From assembly GCA_012295275.1 (NCBI GenBank), contig CM022672.1, positions 29,016,001 to 29,080,000 of the forward strand: 64,000 nt of DNA, read 5' to 3'. Positions within the stretch are counted from its first letter, which is position 1. Each line of letters opens with the position of its first letter. Source of the stretch: Chrysomallon squamiferum (taxonomy: Eukaryota; Animalia; Mollusca). The position numbers and the translations under genes are program-made. This document shows positions 1-12,387 of the stretch, piece after piece. A model generated the notes under the pieces. It saw nothing but the letters and a program-made list of their open reading frames with translations. It had not been told where the DNA came from and searched no databases.

Positions 1-4
1 TCAG

Positions 5-334
5 TGTTCCAAACCAAATTTATCCATTTCTGTCCACCATCCTTTTATAGATGAGCAGAGTGACATGTCACACCAGGACAGACAGAGGATTTTCAAATGC
101 AAAAAGTGTGGCTACCTCACACACTATAAGAGTTCTCTTAACAGACACCAAAGACTTCACACAGGAGAGTTTTTCTGGTGTCATATCTGTTCTTGCCATT
201 TCAATGACCATTGTCAGCTAAGATATCATTTAAGTGGACATGCAGGTGATCTCAAGTGTTCTGTCTGTGCTAAGCATTTCACCAGCTTTGCTGGATTAAA
301 GCAGCACGAAAAAGGACATTTAAAGCAACTTTAG
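5..334 (+). CDS. Alternative terminal exon ZF-1, three C2H2 zinc fingers
   Basis: CKKC..HQRLH, CHIC..HLSGH, CSVC..HEKGH, then a stop. The frame is open back to the window start; TCAG at 1-4 gives a phase-0 acceptor (CSKPNLSISV...). The polypyrimidine tract would lie outside the window, so the start is uncertain. Confidence 0.8.
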   Translation, partial: CSKPNLSISVHHPFIDEQSDMSHQDRQRIFKCKKCGYLTHYKSSLNRHQRLHTGEFFWCHICSCHFNDHCQLRYHLSGHAGDLKCSVCAKHFTSFAGLKQHEKGHLKQL

Positions 335-1017
335 AAAAAGAACATTTAAAGCACCTTTTGTTTTTTTTTTTTAAAAAGAAGAAGAAAGAAATGACATGGT
401 TTTTAAATAATTTCATAATAATATTTTACAGAAATATTAAATTTTTGTTTGTTATTCAAAAACCATTTTAAGATAAAAAAAATAGTTTGAAAGAATCAGT
501 GTTTGGTTTTAATTTTATCTAAACCAATACTGAATATAACAGAGATGCCATCAAATACAGTTTGGGCATAGACTGTGTGTTTACCCCTACATTACACCAT
601 TATAAGATACTAATAAATAATTACACTGTTAGTCCAAATCCTCAGCCAAATACTTGTAATGCTATAGTGGATAAGAGCTTATAGTATTTCTGCATGTATT
701 GAAATTGGCAAAGAAAATTTCTTCTGAAGTGGACTTTTACTCAGCTTGACCTAATGTTAGAATTCTGAATCTGCTGCAGCACAGAGCATTAAAAAATAGC
801 TTGTTCAGTCAGCCATTTCAATGTTGCATCAGAAATTATGTTCATTTTAATGTTTATATTCACTAAATGTCTTGGTTGAATTCGCCTTTTTAAGCCAGTC
901 TTTCAATTTGACCTAGATCATTTTTACAGTCAATAAATGACATTGCATTTTTGCTGTTTGAGTTGAACTGTGAAATTTTGACAAGATCTGCAGGTTGTTT
1001 AAGCAGTCTCTGTTGTG

Positions 1018-1054
<37 letters not shown>

Positions 1055-1738
1055 GGCATCTGTATAATGTCTGTATTATCATCACATTGACTGATTTATA
1101 GTATACTGATACACTTTGAAAAATTTTGATTGCAGTTATTAATTTTTGTGAGACTCAGCTGAATAATTTTACTTGAAAAAAGATTAACATATTCAATATT
1201 ATCTGAGATGACAGAATGCTGATATTTAAGAATTCATAATTTTATTCAATCCGATCTTGTCTGAAATCATTACATTGTTCCTTAGGTATATAATATAATA
1301 ATATTATTGTTCTTGGATGGTTTGTATTTGGATGCAGTATTTAGTTGCTGGTGCATTGATATCAAAGGAAAAAATTGTGATATAAATGAAAGTATTCCTT
1401 GCATTACACCATAAAACATCAATTAGAAGTTTTTTTCTCTCTTTTCATGTGATCAGTTTGTCCCAAAGTTTCTGCAGTTTTAAAATAATGTGATCATTTT
1501 ATCTTTTGGTAAATTATTGAATTTTCTTGCTTTATTCTTTTTTCTATCTTTGTGTGTGTGTGTGTGTTATGTATTTTACAAATGAAAAAAACAAATATAT
1601 AAATAAATAATTAATTAAAAATAAATAAAATAGAACAATAACTAAACAGCAGTTTCACATAATTATTTGTATAAAGAATGTTTTGCATTACTTTCCCCTC
1701 TAATAAAATGTTAACCCTTGTCTTTGTGTGTTTTGTAG

Positions 1739-2107
1739 ACATATCAAATCAAATACAGTGATTCACTTATGCAAAATTTGGCCAGATGTTCAGATGCTCG
1801 TGGATTTGTCTCTGAGGAACAGGATTTTGGAGTTGTTATTTCCCAGACAAAAGATGGGAAATTTTATAAATGCAGTAAATGTGACTATATGTCACGTTAC
1901 AGACACTGTATAAAGAGACATCAGCAGGTGCACACGGGAAATTTCTTCTTTTGTCACATCTGTGCATGTCACTTTAGTGACAAGAATCAGCTGCAGTATC
2001 ATCTTGACGGGCATGCTGGCAATCTGAAATGTTCTGTTTGTGAAAAAGTATTCACCAGTTTTGCAGGACTGAAAAGACATAAAAAAGGTCATGTTGAAAA
2101 TGTGTAG
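1739..2107 (+). CDS. Alternative terminal exon ZF-2, three C2H2 zinc fingers
   Basis: Acceptor tgtgttttgtag ends at 1738; phase-0 frame TYQIKYSDSLMQN...; three fingers with HTGNFFFC and HAGNLKC linkers; TAG stop. Confidence 0.88.
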   Translation, partial: TYQIKYSDSLMQNLARCSDARGFVSEEQDFGVVISQTKDGKFYKCSKCDYMSRYRHCIKRHQQVHTGNFFFCHICACHFSDKNQLQYHLDGHAGNLKCSVCEKVFTSFAGLKRHKKGHVENV

Positions 2108-3000
2108 ACATTATAAGAACTGACATACTGTAATTTCATTTAACACTGGATCCAATCCATATTTATTTGTTCTTCTCTGTGATTATATTAGGAAAATGGC
2201 TTCCATATCAAACAGTGTTCTAAATTATTGGGTTGGAACAAAACTTCATAGCATTTTTAAGGTGAATGTCAGTATTTAGATATAAGCACACAGATGTAAT
2301 CACATATGTACCTTTACACTCGCCTTTCAGAATATGTTTATATATTTCAAATATTTCAGTCACGTGTAAAACAGAATCATGTGCCACCTACTGAAGAAAT
2401 GCTACAAAGGTTTGTTTTCAGCCCAGCATTATCTTCCATTCACAAGTGTACATTGATAACATCAAGAAAATATATTGTTAGTCATCAGAGTTGTTTTAAT
2501 AATTTTTAATTTTAGTTATTTATAGTTATTTAAAAAAAAAAAATTCTTAACATTATTGTAATAGTAAGGTTTAGGTATGGCTATAATCCTGATGAAATGT
2601 GAAATTCCATAAATTCTTAGTAAAAATAAATATTTTAATATCATTAACGAGTTATCTTTGTTATGCCTGAAACAAATGTGTGGAGTGAATCAGATTAGAA
2701 ATCTTTTTTACTCTTAAAATAGTTAATATTAATAGTAATTATTTATGAATATGGAAAGAAGCAAATTTAGAACCATTCTTTAAAGCATAAACATGTAAAA
2801 AGGTACCTGAAATTAGTGTAGTGGGACACCACACCCACACATACACAATTGTACACACATACCTTCCTGACAATTCTTATATATTGCACACACACACACA
2901 CACAAAATACATTTTTCATTACTGAAACTATTTTGATGAAGGATACTGTGCAGTGTAAGAGAATTTAAAATCATCATAGAGTAATCCATTCTCTTTTTAG

Positions 3001-3417
3001 AGTTCTACTGGCAAAACCATGCGACATCCAAGGTTCAGATTAACGTCTGCTTCAGGTGATGAAATAAACCAATCAGTCAGATTACAAGGTGACCAGTATG
3101 TTAGTTCTAAAGAAGATGAACAAATGAACACAAATCAAGGATCAGTTCAGAAACTTGCCAAGTTCAAGTGTTGTCACTGTAATTTCCAGACTGCATATCG
3201 CTTTGCTTTGGAAAGACACCAGAAGAAACACACAGGAGATTTCCTGTTCTGTCATCTGTGTCCATGCAGGTTCTATGACAAATATCAGCTTTCATATCAC
3301 CTGAAAGGACATGCAGGAGAGTTGAAATGTCGTTACTGTTCTAGAGACTTCTCTTCAGTACTTGGACTCAAACATCACGAGCTGATATGTCACAGAACTG
3401 AAAAATTACCTTTATAG
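3001..3417 (+). CDS. Alternative terminal exon ZF-3, three C2H2 zinc fingers
   Basis: Acceptor ctctttttag ends at 3000; phase 0 (SSTGKTMRHP...); three fingers paralogous to the neighbouring exons. Confidence 0.88.
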   Translation, partial: SSTGKTMRHPRFRLTSASGDEINQSVRLQGDQYVSSKEDEQMNTNQGSVQKLAKFKCCHCNFQTAYRFALERHQKKHTGDFLFCHLCPCRFYDKYQLSYHLKGHAGELKCRYCSRDFSSVLGLKHHELICHRTEKLPL

Positions 3418-4244
3418 TTTGCTTCTCTAATAATTATTAGCTGTCACTAGTTAATATTGTTTGACTTACTTTTTTTCTTTTTAGGGGCATAGAACTATTG
3501 GAAATATTTTTGATAATATTTTTGTATGCCACTGGTATTACCATTTACACAGACAATTCCATCAAATGGAATATCCTGAACTTTTAAAAGCTCCTTCAGA
3601 TGTAAAAAAGAATGTAAATATTTTGGACACAATAAACAGAAATGCAGCTTAATTTGTTTGTTTTAATTACATGAAGCTAACAATTATAATAATAAAACGC
3701 TATATTCTATCACTTTAAAAAAAAAAAGTAAAACAAAAAAGATAATAAAAAGGATATCTAAAAAGATTTTTAAATGTTTAGTTTTACAGAATTAAATTGT
3801 TGAGTAATGAAAAAGTACAAGTTGATACAATTAATAACAGCCAAATAACACAATTAAAAACTGCTTATCACACCTTTTTTTTAAAATTTGTATAATTACT
3901 GAAGGTCTGGAACTATTCATTTTATTAAAACAAAATTATATATATAAATAATTTATTCATATGATTCTACAGCCTTTTTTCCTTTTAATTTAATTAATTT
4001 TACTTACTTATTTACTTAGTTACTTACTTAATTTATTACTATTAGTTTTTATATTCTTTTTTTATTCTTTTTATTTTTGGTTTGGCTGTACCATTTTATT
4101 AATTTCTGTATACAAACTAATCTTTCAATTGTATTGAGATTTTTTCCTTTGACATCAGTGCATGCACCTGCAACTAAAATACAAACTGCATTCATATACA
4201 AACCATCCAAGAACAATAACTGTATTGTACACCAGTCTGTGTTT

Positions 4245-4795
4245 GTAAACCACTGAAAGGAAAATTACATAAAATACAACATCCTACTGTGCATGGCTTT
4301 TGTCAGCTGTAAGAAGACTTGACTCAGTTCAAACTCAGATAGCAATAACCTTACTTCAAAAATAGCTGATAGAAAATCTGAAAATCTTTACAAAACTTTG
4401 ATGACATTTCTCCTGCAAAAAGAAAACAAAATCCAAATAGAAAGAAGAGTATGACAAGGGGACACCATATCACCCAAGCTGTTTAAAGGAATGCTTGAGA
4501 ACTGTTTTCTAGGAAACCAGAGCTTGAAGATAGTTGGAGATTCACTTTCCTTTTGCTGATGATATACTCCTGTGTGTAAATAAATACACCAAGTGAAGAA
4601 ATGCTGCTGGAGTCAGCTGATGAAAGTACAGTCCTAGGACTGAAAATGAACACATCAACAACAATGGAGAATGATATTCCAATAGATGTCGACAACATGC
4701 TAGAAACACTGAAAGTGACTCCTGTCTGGGACAGAGAGCTGGGACAGAGACACCAGTGACAAAAACCAAGACAAAGAGACTCAAAGACATACTGA
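4245..4795 (+). mobile_element. Degenerate non-LTR retrotransposon (LINE, RTE-like) reverse transcriptase fragment
   Basis: Disrupted RT motifs are readable: NILLCMAFV..DFDSVQ, RRV*QGDTISPKLF (about 4443-4484), FADDILLC (about 4552), LGLKMNTS, DKNQDKETQR. Stops and frameshifts throughout. Confidence 0.8.
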
Positions 4796-6179
4796 AATCT
4801 CACATTTAACATTTTTATTAATTAATTCCAATAATTTAATTCATACATTTTTGTGTCTTTCTGTGGTTGTTTCCTAGTCAGCAAAACTATACAGTACATT
4901 GTGTAACTAAAGCTGAGGTCAGAATGTGGTACAAAATGGTTTTTAGTCAAATTTCCCACTGGTGTCAAACTGAGTGGCACTTGTCAATCAAACAAGAGAC
5001 CTTTGAATCCATTTTTTTTTTCTTTTCTTTTCTTTTCTTTCCTGTCATTTATTCATTTATTTATTTTAAGAACTTGAATATCAGTATCCTATTGTTCAGA
5101 TAGGGGTTATGTTAGCCTAGATTTAACATATTTACAACACTGTTTTCCAAACATTCATCTAATTTGTTTTATAATAATGAGTTATAAATGATTGTATAGG
5201 ATTGAATCTTCTTGGCAAACCCACTGGATACTTTTTGTTTTATCCAGTAACTAGTCTGTTGAAGACTGTGGTATGTTGTGTTCCTGTCCATAAGAAAGAC
5301 ATCTTTCTGAAAGCACATGTAAAACACACCCAACAGAGAATTCCCTTATGATCCGTAATTTATGACTATGTATAATAAGTGAAAAGGGTAATGGAGCTTT
5401 TTATACAGCACAGGTTAAATTTTGATTGGAAATTTATTTAACACAGGACATTCAGTGATGATAACAACAGTAATTACCAAAGCAGTGAGACAGTGTGATA
5501 CCATGAAGACCTCAGATTAAATATATATTTGTATGTATGTTTTTCTTGTCTAACTTGAACTCAGTGTATATGTGTGTGTATTTGTTTTAAAATCAGTCGT
5601 GAAGATTTAGTGTATTTTCTCAGGTGGTGTTTCTGTATGTAGTAAATTTGTAAATAATCATCAAAGAAGATGAAGATAAAGCTGATGCTGTTAGGGAAGA
5701 AAACTTACGTTGGCAAACAAGAATTGACAAATCATGCACCAAATATATAATTTTGGCATGTCTTTTCACTTGCATAATAGCAAGCATACCAGCCAGTGTC
5801 CATAACAGGTAGATGTAAAACTGAAACTGAACATCTAAAGTTTTTATTTCAAGCGTTCTTACAATAATATAAATACAAACATTTCTTCACTAAATTTCCA
5901 CTGTGTCAGTGTTTTTTTAGATTTTTTTTTCTCTATCTCTGATAACCTCAGTAACCATACATACTGTATCATAGAATAAAATTATGCTTTTGGGTGGTTT
6001 GGTTTTCTTAGCATATTTTAAAAAATCGATTATGTTCTCATTGTCATTTGTCACTGGATGTATATTATCACTGTCGTTTGAAACAGTCATGAAATATAAA
6101 ATGACATAATTTTCTAATTTCAACAGCATATAAATCATTTTTTTCACTTATGGCAGTCACCTGTGATTTTATTTTCTAG

Positions 6180-6536
6180 AGACTTGGTGGTCGTAGTGTT
6201 GGAATCTCGGGTTTGGCATGCAGAGTTGGTGGTGGTAAGCAGACAAACAAAGTGAACCTTAAAACAACCCAACACAAAGCGAAGTACCAGTGTAACAGAT
6301 GTGATTTTCAAACACTATACCGGTTTGCATTAACCAGACACCAGAGAATTCACACAGGAGACTTTTTCAGATGTCATCTTTGTACTTGTCACTTTTCTGA
6401 TGGCTATCAGCTGCAGCATCATTTAAAGGGACATGCGGGAAATCTCAGATGTAAAATCTGTGGACGAAATTTTACTAATTTCAGTACTTTAAAATATCAC
6501 GAGAAACGACACATTGAAAATCTAACGACACACTGA
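6180..6536 (+). CDS. Alternative terminal exon ZF-4, three C2H2 zinc fingers
   Basis: Acceptor ttttattttctag ends at 6179; phase 0 (RLGGRSVGISGLAC...); fingers CNRC, CHLC, CKIC. Confidence 0.88.
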   Translation, partial: RLGGRSVGISGLACRVGGGKQTNKVNLKTTQHKAKYQCNRCDFQTLYRFALTRHQRIHTGDFFRCHLCTCHFSDGYQLQHHLKGHAGNLRCKICGRNFTNFSTLKYHEKRHIENLTTH

Positions 6537-7996
6537 AAATCTCGCATCAGATAGAAACATCTGTTGACTTTTGTGTTCTTTTTTTTTGACATCACAGCAT
6601 AGATGAAACCTGTGTCAGGTTTTATTTATATCAAAAATGCTTTGATGCCTTTTTAATTTTTCATGTGACCTATTGGATTAATAAATACGTTATTACTTGT
6701 TGTTTCAAGAATCATGGTTGATCATTACATATTTTTAGATAAATAAAAAAAAATTATTTTGTTTGAAGCTATTATTTCAGGTGGAATGATATCTGGATAT
6801 TTTTATTGAATCTGATTTAGTGTTGTTGGTTTGTTTTTTAAAAATATAAAAAATAAAATAAAATATAAAAATAACATCAACACAGTTAGAAATTGTTTTT
6901 ATACTAGTATCTGTTTCTCTACAATTATTGACATTATTAAAAAAAATTTAAAGATTTCTTTTTGGTTTAGTTTCTTTTGCCAATAGCTGTTAATAACATT
7001 TTTTTAAATTTTTTTTTATGAAGTCCTATTTATATGGACAAAAGTTGTTGTTTTGTTTGGTCTGTGATTCCTGAGAGAGAAGAAAAGTTGTTTGAAGTCC
7101 TAATTCACCACCTTAAACTTCAACTAAATAACCAGTCCTCAGCTAATTTCCTGCTTTCTCTAAATTACCACAATCTCACAGATACCACAGTAGTTGATAT
7201 CTAAGTTAGTCATAGTCTAGTCTAAATTCTGAACATTTTCAGCTTAAATACTACTCATGTTATTCTTATTAATAATAAAAGAAAATGTTTACTTGTCCTC
7301 CTTTTCACTGAGACTCTGAGTTGTGTTTATGAGTTTACTTTTCTTTGTTAATGGGTATATGTTTAAAAATCAATTGTAACCATGATTACAAAATTCTCGT
7401 AGAATGGAATGAAAATTTATAAAATTTGGGTGTTTTTCATATGAATATACCCATTTCAAAACACTACTAATGGTTATGTATATTTTTAAAAACAGAATCT
7501 GAAATTGAAATTCACCAGCAACATGCATAAAAAGTTAAAAATATTAATTTCTTCATCTAACTTCATTCCACATGGGAGATCTGCTAAGGAAATGTTGTAT
7601 CTGATATTTCAATTCATTCTTCTTGTTATTAAATTGTTAATTTTATCTGGTTTGAAAGTTATGTTTGTTATTCCACTGATACTTATTGACTCCTTCCATT
7701 TACTTTGATGTACACAGTGAGCTCTGATGTTGATTTGAAACTTGTTTTTGTTTTATATTTATACATCCTATTGTAGGTTATCACACTTGTAATCCAGTTC
7801 AGATTTTCCATTTATGACTTCATGAATTTATCTTTTCTTATATCAAAAAAAAAAAAAAAAAAAAAAAGAAAGGAAAATAATCTTTACTATATTATTTTTA
7901 TTTATTTATTTATTTACTTCATTGTCATTTGATGCCATGGCCTGTAAAAGAGCTGCTGGATTGTTTACTGTAGTCTGTTGTTACTTTACTTTTTAG

Positions 7997-8320
7997 ACTC
8001 AAAGACGGACATTTTCCATACACAGACCAGCTCATGCAGGAAATGATCATCCAAGATCTGCAGCCTCCAATGCAAAAATCTATTGTTGTGACCAGTGTAA
8101 CTATCACACAATTTACAGTCACGTTCTCAGGCGTCACCAGAGAGTTCACACTGGAGATCTCTTTAGATGTAACATTTGTACTCGACATTTCTTAGGAAGA
8201 TATGAACTTCGTCAGCATCTGAAAGGTCATGCTGGTAACCTTAGGTGTCGCGTGTGTGGAAAAAATTTCATGGCCATCAATACATTACAGCAGCATACGA
8301 AAATGCACCATGTTAATTAA
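7997..8320 (+). CDS. Alternative terminal exon ZF-5, three C2H2 zinc fingers (absent from the ORF track)
   Basis: Acceptor tttactttttag ends at 7996; phase 0; manual translation TQRRTFSIHRPAHAGNDHPRSAASNAKIYCCDQCNYHTIYSHVLRRHQRVHTGDLFRCNICTRHFLGRYELRQHLKGHAGNLRCRVCGKNFMAINTLQQHTKMHHVN*. Confidence 0.88.
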   Translation, partial: TQRRTFSIHRPAHAGNDHPRSAASNAKIYCCDQCNYHTIYSHVLRRHQRVHTGDLFRCNICTRHFLGRYELRQHLKGHAGNLRCRVCGKNFMAINTLQQHTKMHHVN

Positions 8321-9659
8321 TACATGATTACGTTTTTTCTGAAATTCACATGAAATGGAGGGGAAAATAATGATGAAAGTCTTTTTATATTTTATTGTGT
8401 TAATATTAGTTTAATATATAAATTAGTGTTCATCATCAAGGAGGAAGTTAAAATAGAAAACTGAATAAGATTTAACATCCATAGATTATTTAAATGGTCA
8501 TTGCATATTGATAAAAAATATGAATAAAGATTTGTGAGAAAAGGTTTTCTCAAAAACTGATGTTTTTTAAAATGTATTTGTCAGTAAATACCTCATCATG
8601 TTGAGAAAAATCATATTACAGCTGCTAGATCCATGTGTTTTCATTTATGTGAATACTTTTATTTAGACGTACCTAACATTGCTCAGGAATAACATGTATG
8701 TATTTTGTAACATGGTAGAAATTCAAATCTTCTTTTACTGAGTCAGAGACACATTAGTGATTACAGACATTTCAAGTTAGAGAAACTGAAGATAATGCAA
8801 CAGGGCTAAAAGAAGAAGAAAAAAATTGGTTTTCTTTCTCACTGAATGGGACAAAATGATCACTAATGTGGGGAAAAAGCACACCCTTACAAACTAATAA
8901 GGAATAGAAAATAATAAATATCTGATTTTACTGGATTTCACTAAACTAGGCTTGATGATAATAAATTTAAAATTACAAAGATTTCACTTTTTGATTTTTT
9001 GTTTTTAAGAATTAAAATGTATAATGTTACTGAAGTTTTATCCTGTATGAAGTTTGTGTAAATCCAAGTGAGAATATTTCACAGTGTTGCAAAATTTCAC
9101 CTCTCACTGTGATTAGGTATAGGCAACTATTGCTTATCTGAAAATACTGGCACAGAACATAACATTTATACCTGTAAAACTGTAGTATAATGTATTTCTG
9201 TAAATATGATTTAATATTTTGTATATGTATAAATGTGTGTTTGAATACATATCATGCTAATAGTTTTTTCCAAATTCCATCAGATTCGTATAATATGCAA
9301 GTAATTTATAAGAGTACTATTTCGTATTTGGCTGTATTGAAGTTCATTGAATAAACAAAATAACTTACTGTTTCTCAAGATTTTGGTTTTTCTCTCTCTC
9401 ACACACACATGCACGCACACACACAGAGAGAAAACATGCAGTTGTGTGGTTTTTATTTTTATTAATTAATCAAAGACACAAGATTGTATAACTATATTAA
9501 TTTACTTTATAAACAGGATCTGGTTGGATTAATTAAAATTAAATTATTTAACAAAATCAAACACAGACACACACACAATATCTTGTAATTAAATTTCTAA
9601 TTATAAAAATAAGCTTTAAAAACTCAGAAATTTTAAATTCAAGTGATTTTCTTTTGCAG

Positions 9660-9980
9660 ACAGTAATAACAAAATGCAATGATCAACCTAACTCGCATGC
9701 AACAAAAGTCCCATACAAGTGTAAGTTTTGTCCATACCAGAGCAATTACTCACACGGACTGAAACGCCATCAAAGAATCCATACTGGAAACTTCCTCCAA
9801 TGTCATCTTTGTCCCAGCCACTTTTCTGAAATCTATGAGTTGACCCTTCACTTGAAAGGTCATTCTGGAGATCTTGTGTGTACAGTGTGTGGAAAGAAGT
9901 ATACTTCTAAGAAAGGTTTGGACAACCATGTGAAAAACTACCACAATAATAAAAAAAAGCTGAAGTGTGCAAAAGTGTGA
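9660..9980 (+). CDS. Alternative terminal exon ZF-6, three C2H2 zinc fingers
   Basis: Acceptor ttttcttttgcag ends at 9659; phase 0 (TVITKCNDQP...); three fingers. Confidence 0.88.
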   Translation, partial: TVITKCNDQPNSHATKVPYKCKFCPYQSNYSHGLKRHQRIHTGNFLQCHLCPSHFSEIYELTLHLKGHSGDLVCTVCGKKYTSKKGLDNHVKNYHNNKKKLKCAKV

Positions 9981-11597
9981 AATACATATTTTTTATTTTG
10001 AGAAAGGTTGTGGGTTGTGAGGTTTTCTCTGATAACATTTCGTTTCAAGTTATCGATCTTTTTGAAAAAGATTTTTAAATATTTCATGTTATGCTGAGAA
10101 AAGATAATAAAAAAAATATTATTTCTTTGAAATTGTTGTCCTTGTGATTTTAATATTGCCACACACTCACATAAACATACATTCAACCATATATTCATTA
10201 TCAGAAACTAAAGCTTTATCATAACAAATTCTAACACAAGACATAACTGCAACACACTGCCATGCAGACAAGTACTTGTACACTTATCTGAAGACTTCTT
10301 TGTGCTTACATGCAGCTAGCTGGCCTACAGATTGACCTCCTGTAAGAAAATGAACTAACATAATTATAACTCAGTTTCTTTTAATATAATCAGTTCTTTA
10401 TTTATCTTAATTATTTGTTTTCACGGATTAATGTTATATCTTTACATCCATGTATTACTACTGTCAACAAGCAAATAATTCAGTTTATCCAGTCATTAGG
10501 CAAGGTTAGACTAACATCAGTAGATACTGCTACATCTCAGTTTCCCAGCCACCAGTCTGTTGAATATTGTAGAGAAACCCTCAAACAGTTCTGCATATTC
10601 TCAGGTTTAACTGCTTAATGCTTTTAAAAATCATGCAAGAGCAATGGATTCACACACAAAATATTGTTGTTGTTTAATTTTCCCTATTAAAATTTCAGTC
10701 AGCAGTAGTTTGTGCTTTATTTTTCAGTGCACATTAATTAAAAATGTTCCAAGGGTTTCAAGAAGCATAATGTCATCAGTCTCATGATCAGATGTACTTT
10801 TGTGATTTTTGACATTATCCTGTACCTTTGTTCAGTTCTCTTTTGCTGCCATCTACTACTTATTCAGTCTTGCCATAGGAGAGATTACTATTTTTTTTTT
10901 GGAACTGCATATATATAACAATGCTGTGAAAGTTTAAAATATTCTTAATAATTAAATTTAATTTCACAAATATATACATTACACACCTGTGTTTTCTGGT
11001 TTCCTTTTATCTACAGGATATTCCATTTTAAGGTATATGGTTTTATGGAAATATTTAGAATGATACAAATATTTGCAATATATAACAAGAGAAATTTTTC
11101 TTTTTTTCCATATAATTTTGTTTTCTGAAATCTAACAGTTTGGTTAAATACTTTATAACTGGGGTGGTTAAGAAGAATATTTATTAAATTATATTAGTAC
11201 GTTCATATAAAGAAACATGTAAATCTCCTTGTGGTCAGTTTGTATAAATATCTAACACTGAAGAGTCAGTCTTTTCACTCATTATGTTTTTATGATCTAA
11301 ACAAGTAATTTTATTTCACTATTGAATCCAAAAATGATGAATGCTTTTATCAGTCAAAAACTGCAGCCTAATACATGCATCCTGACTTGATCATAAACTT
11401 ACAGAATATTTATTCAAGCTCTTTTTTCCTGAAAATATTCTAGGATATGCATATTTAACGTCTTCATAAATCTATTAGTTTAATTCAGACATAGTATTTT
11501 CAGTTTACAAAATTCTCCAATGCATTTTTGAACTGTTCATATTAAAATGACGACTGAAACAGACATATCTATTTTGAGCACTTTTGTTTTGTTGTAG

Positions 11598-11891
11598 AGT
11601 GAGTATTCTTGTGGAAATAAACAAATAAATGAAGGTCTGCTGGCTTGTAAACAATGTAGCTACAAGACAAAATATGCTAACTGCTTGAAACGTCATCAGC
11701 GGATTCACACCGGAGACTTCCTCAGGTGTCCTCTCTGTCCCAGTCACTTCTCTGCCAGCTATGAGTTGTCTCTTCACATGAGTGGACACGTTGGGATGTT
11801 AACTTGTATTGTCTGTGGGAAAAATTACACTTCAAAGAGAGGCCTTGACCTGCATATGAAATCCCACAAAGGATCTGAAACAACACACTGA
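11598..11891 (+). CDS. Alternative terminal exon ZF-7, three C2H2 zinc fingers
   Basis: Acceptor ttttgttttgttgtag ends at 11597; phase 0; SEYSCGNKQINEGLLACKQCSYKTKYANCLKRHQRIHTGDFLRC... extends the listed ORF to include finger 1. Confidence 0.88.
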   Translation, partial: SEYSCGNKQINEGLLACKQCSYKTKYANCLKRHQRIHTGDFLRCPLCPSHFSASYELSLHMSGHVGMLTCIVCGKNYTSKRGLDLHMKSHKGSETTH

Positions 11892-12089
11892 TGTTAGTAC
11901 AATGAATAAATCTGTCACGTTAATCAAAAATAAACCTTTTTAATATTTAAAATTGAATTACTTCTGTTAATTTTGTTTCATATTATATATTATACAAATT
12001 ATTATTGCATTATTTCTTGTAGAAGGGATACACTAAGGTTATAATCTCATTTGTGTCTGGCTTTGGTTGGTGGCAACACTTCATTTCAG

Positions 12090-12180
12090 AGTTTTTCTTT
12101 ATGGTCATCAGATGTAACTTCAAGACTGATTCTAGTGCTGTCAGTGAGATAACAGAATTCACACAGGAAATCACCTCAGA
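12090..12180 (+). pseudogene. Decayed relic of a zinc-finger exon
   Basis: After the acceptor-like tcatttcag, fragments RCNFKT (12110) and RIHTGNHLR (about 12154-12180) lie in different frames and match finger 1 and the linker of the intact exons. Confidence 0.5.
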
Positions 12181-12387
12181 GAGAAAAGGAGGCCACTACA
12201 AATAAAATCATACTTATTTATATTTATAAATATAAAAAAAAAAAAAAAAAAAAAAATAAAAAAAAAAGTCGAAAATAATATAAAAGTATTTACATATTAA
12301 ATGAAAAAAAATAAAAAAAATCGTAATTAATTGCTTTTTGTTTTCTAGTATTTGGATATGTACTGTATTTTTTGGATGTTTTTTCAG

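Noticed and set aside
41-64. ccttttatag|atg at 50 as the acceptor or start of ZF-1
   Set aside because: It would be phase 1 and the ATG at 51 is out of frame with the fingers. The frame is open to a phase-0 CAG at 2-4, consistent with the other seven exons. Not formally excluded.
2306-10618. Short plus-strand ORFs at 2306-2509 and 10415-10618 containing phase-0 CAG sites
   Set aside because: They contain no finger motifs and nothing distinguishes them from intronic or UTR background.
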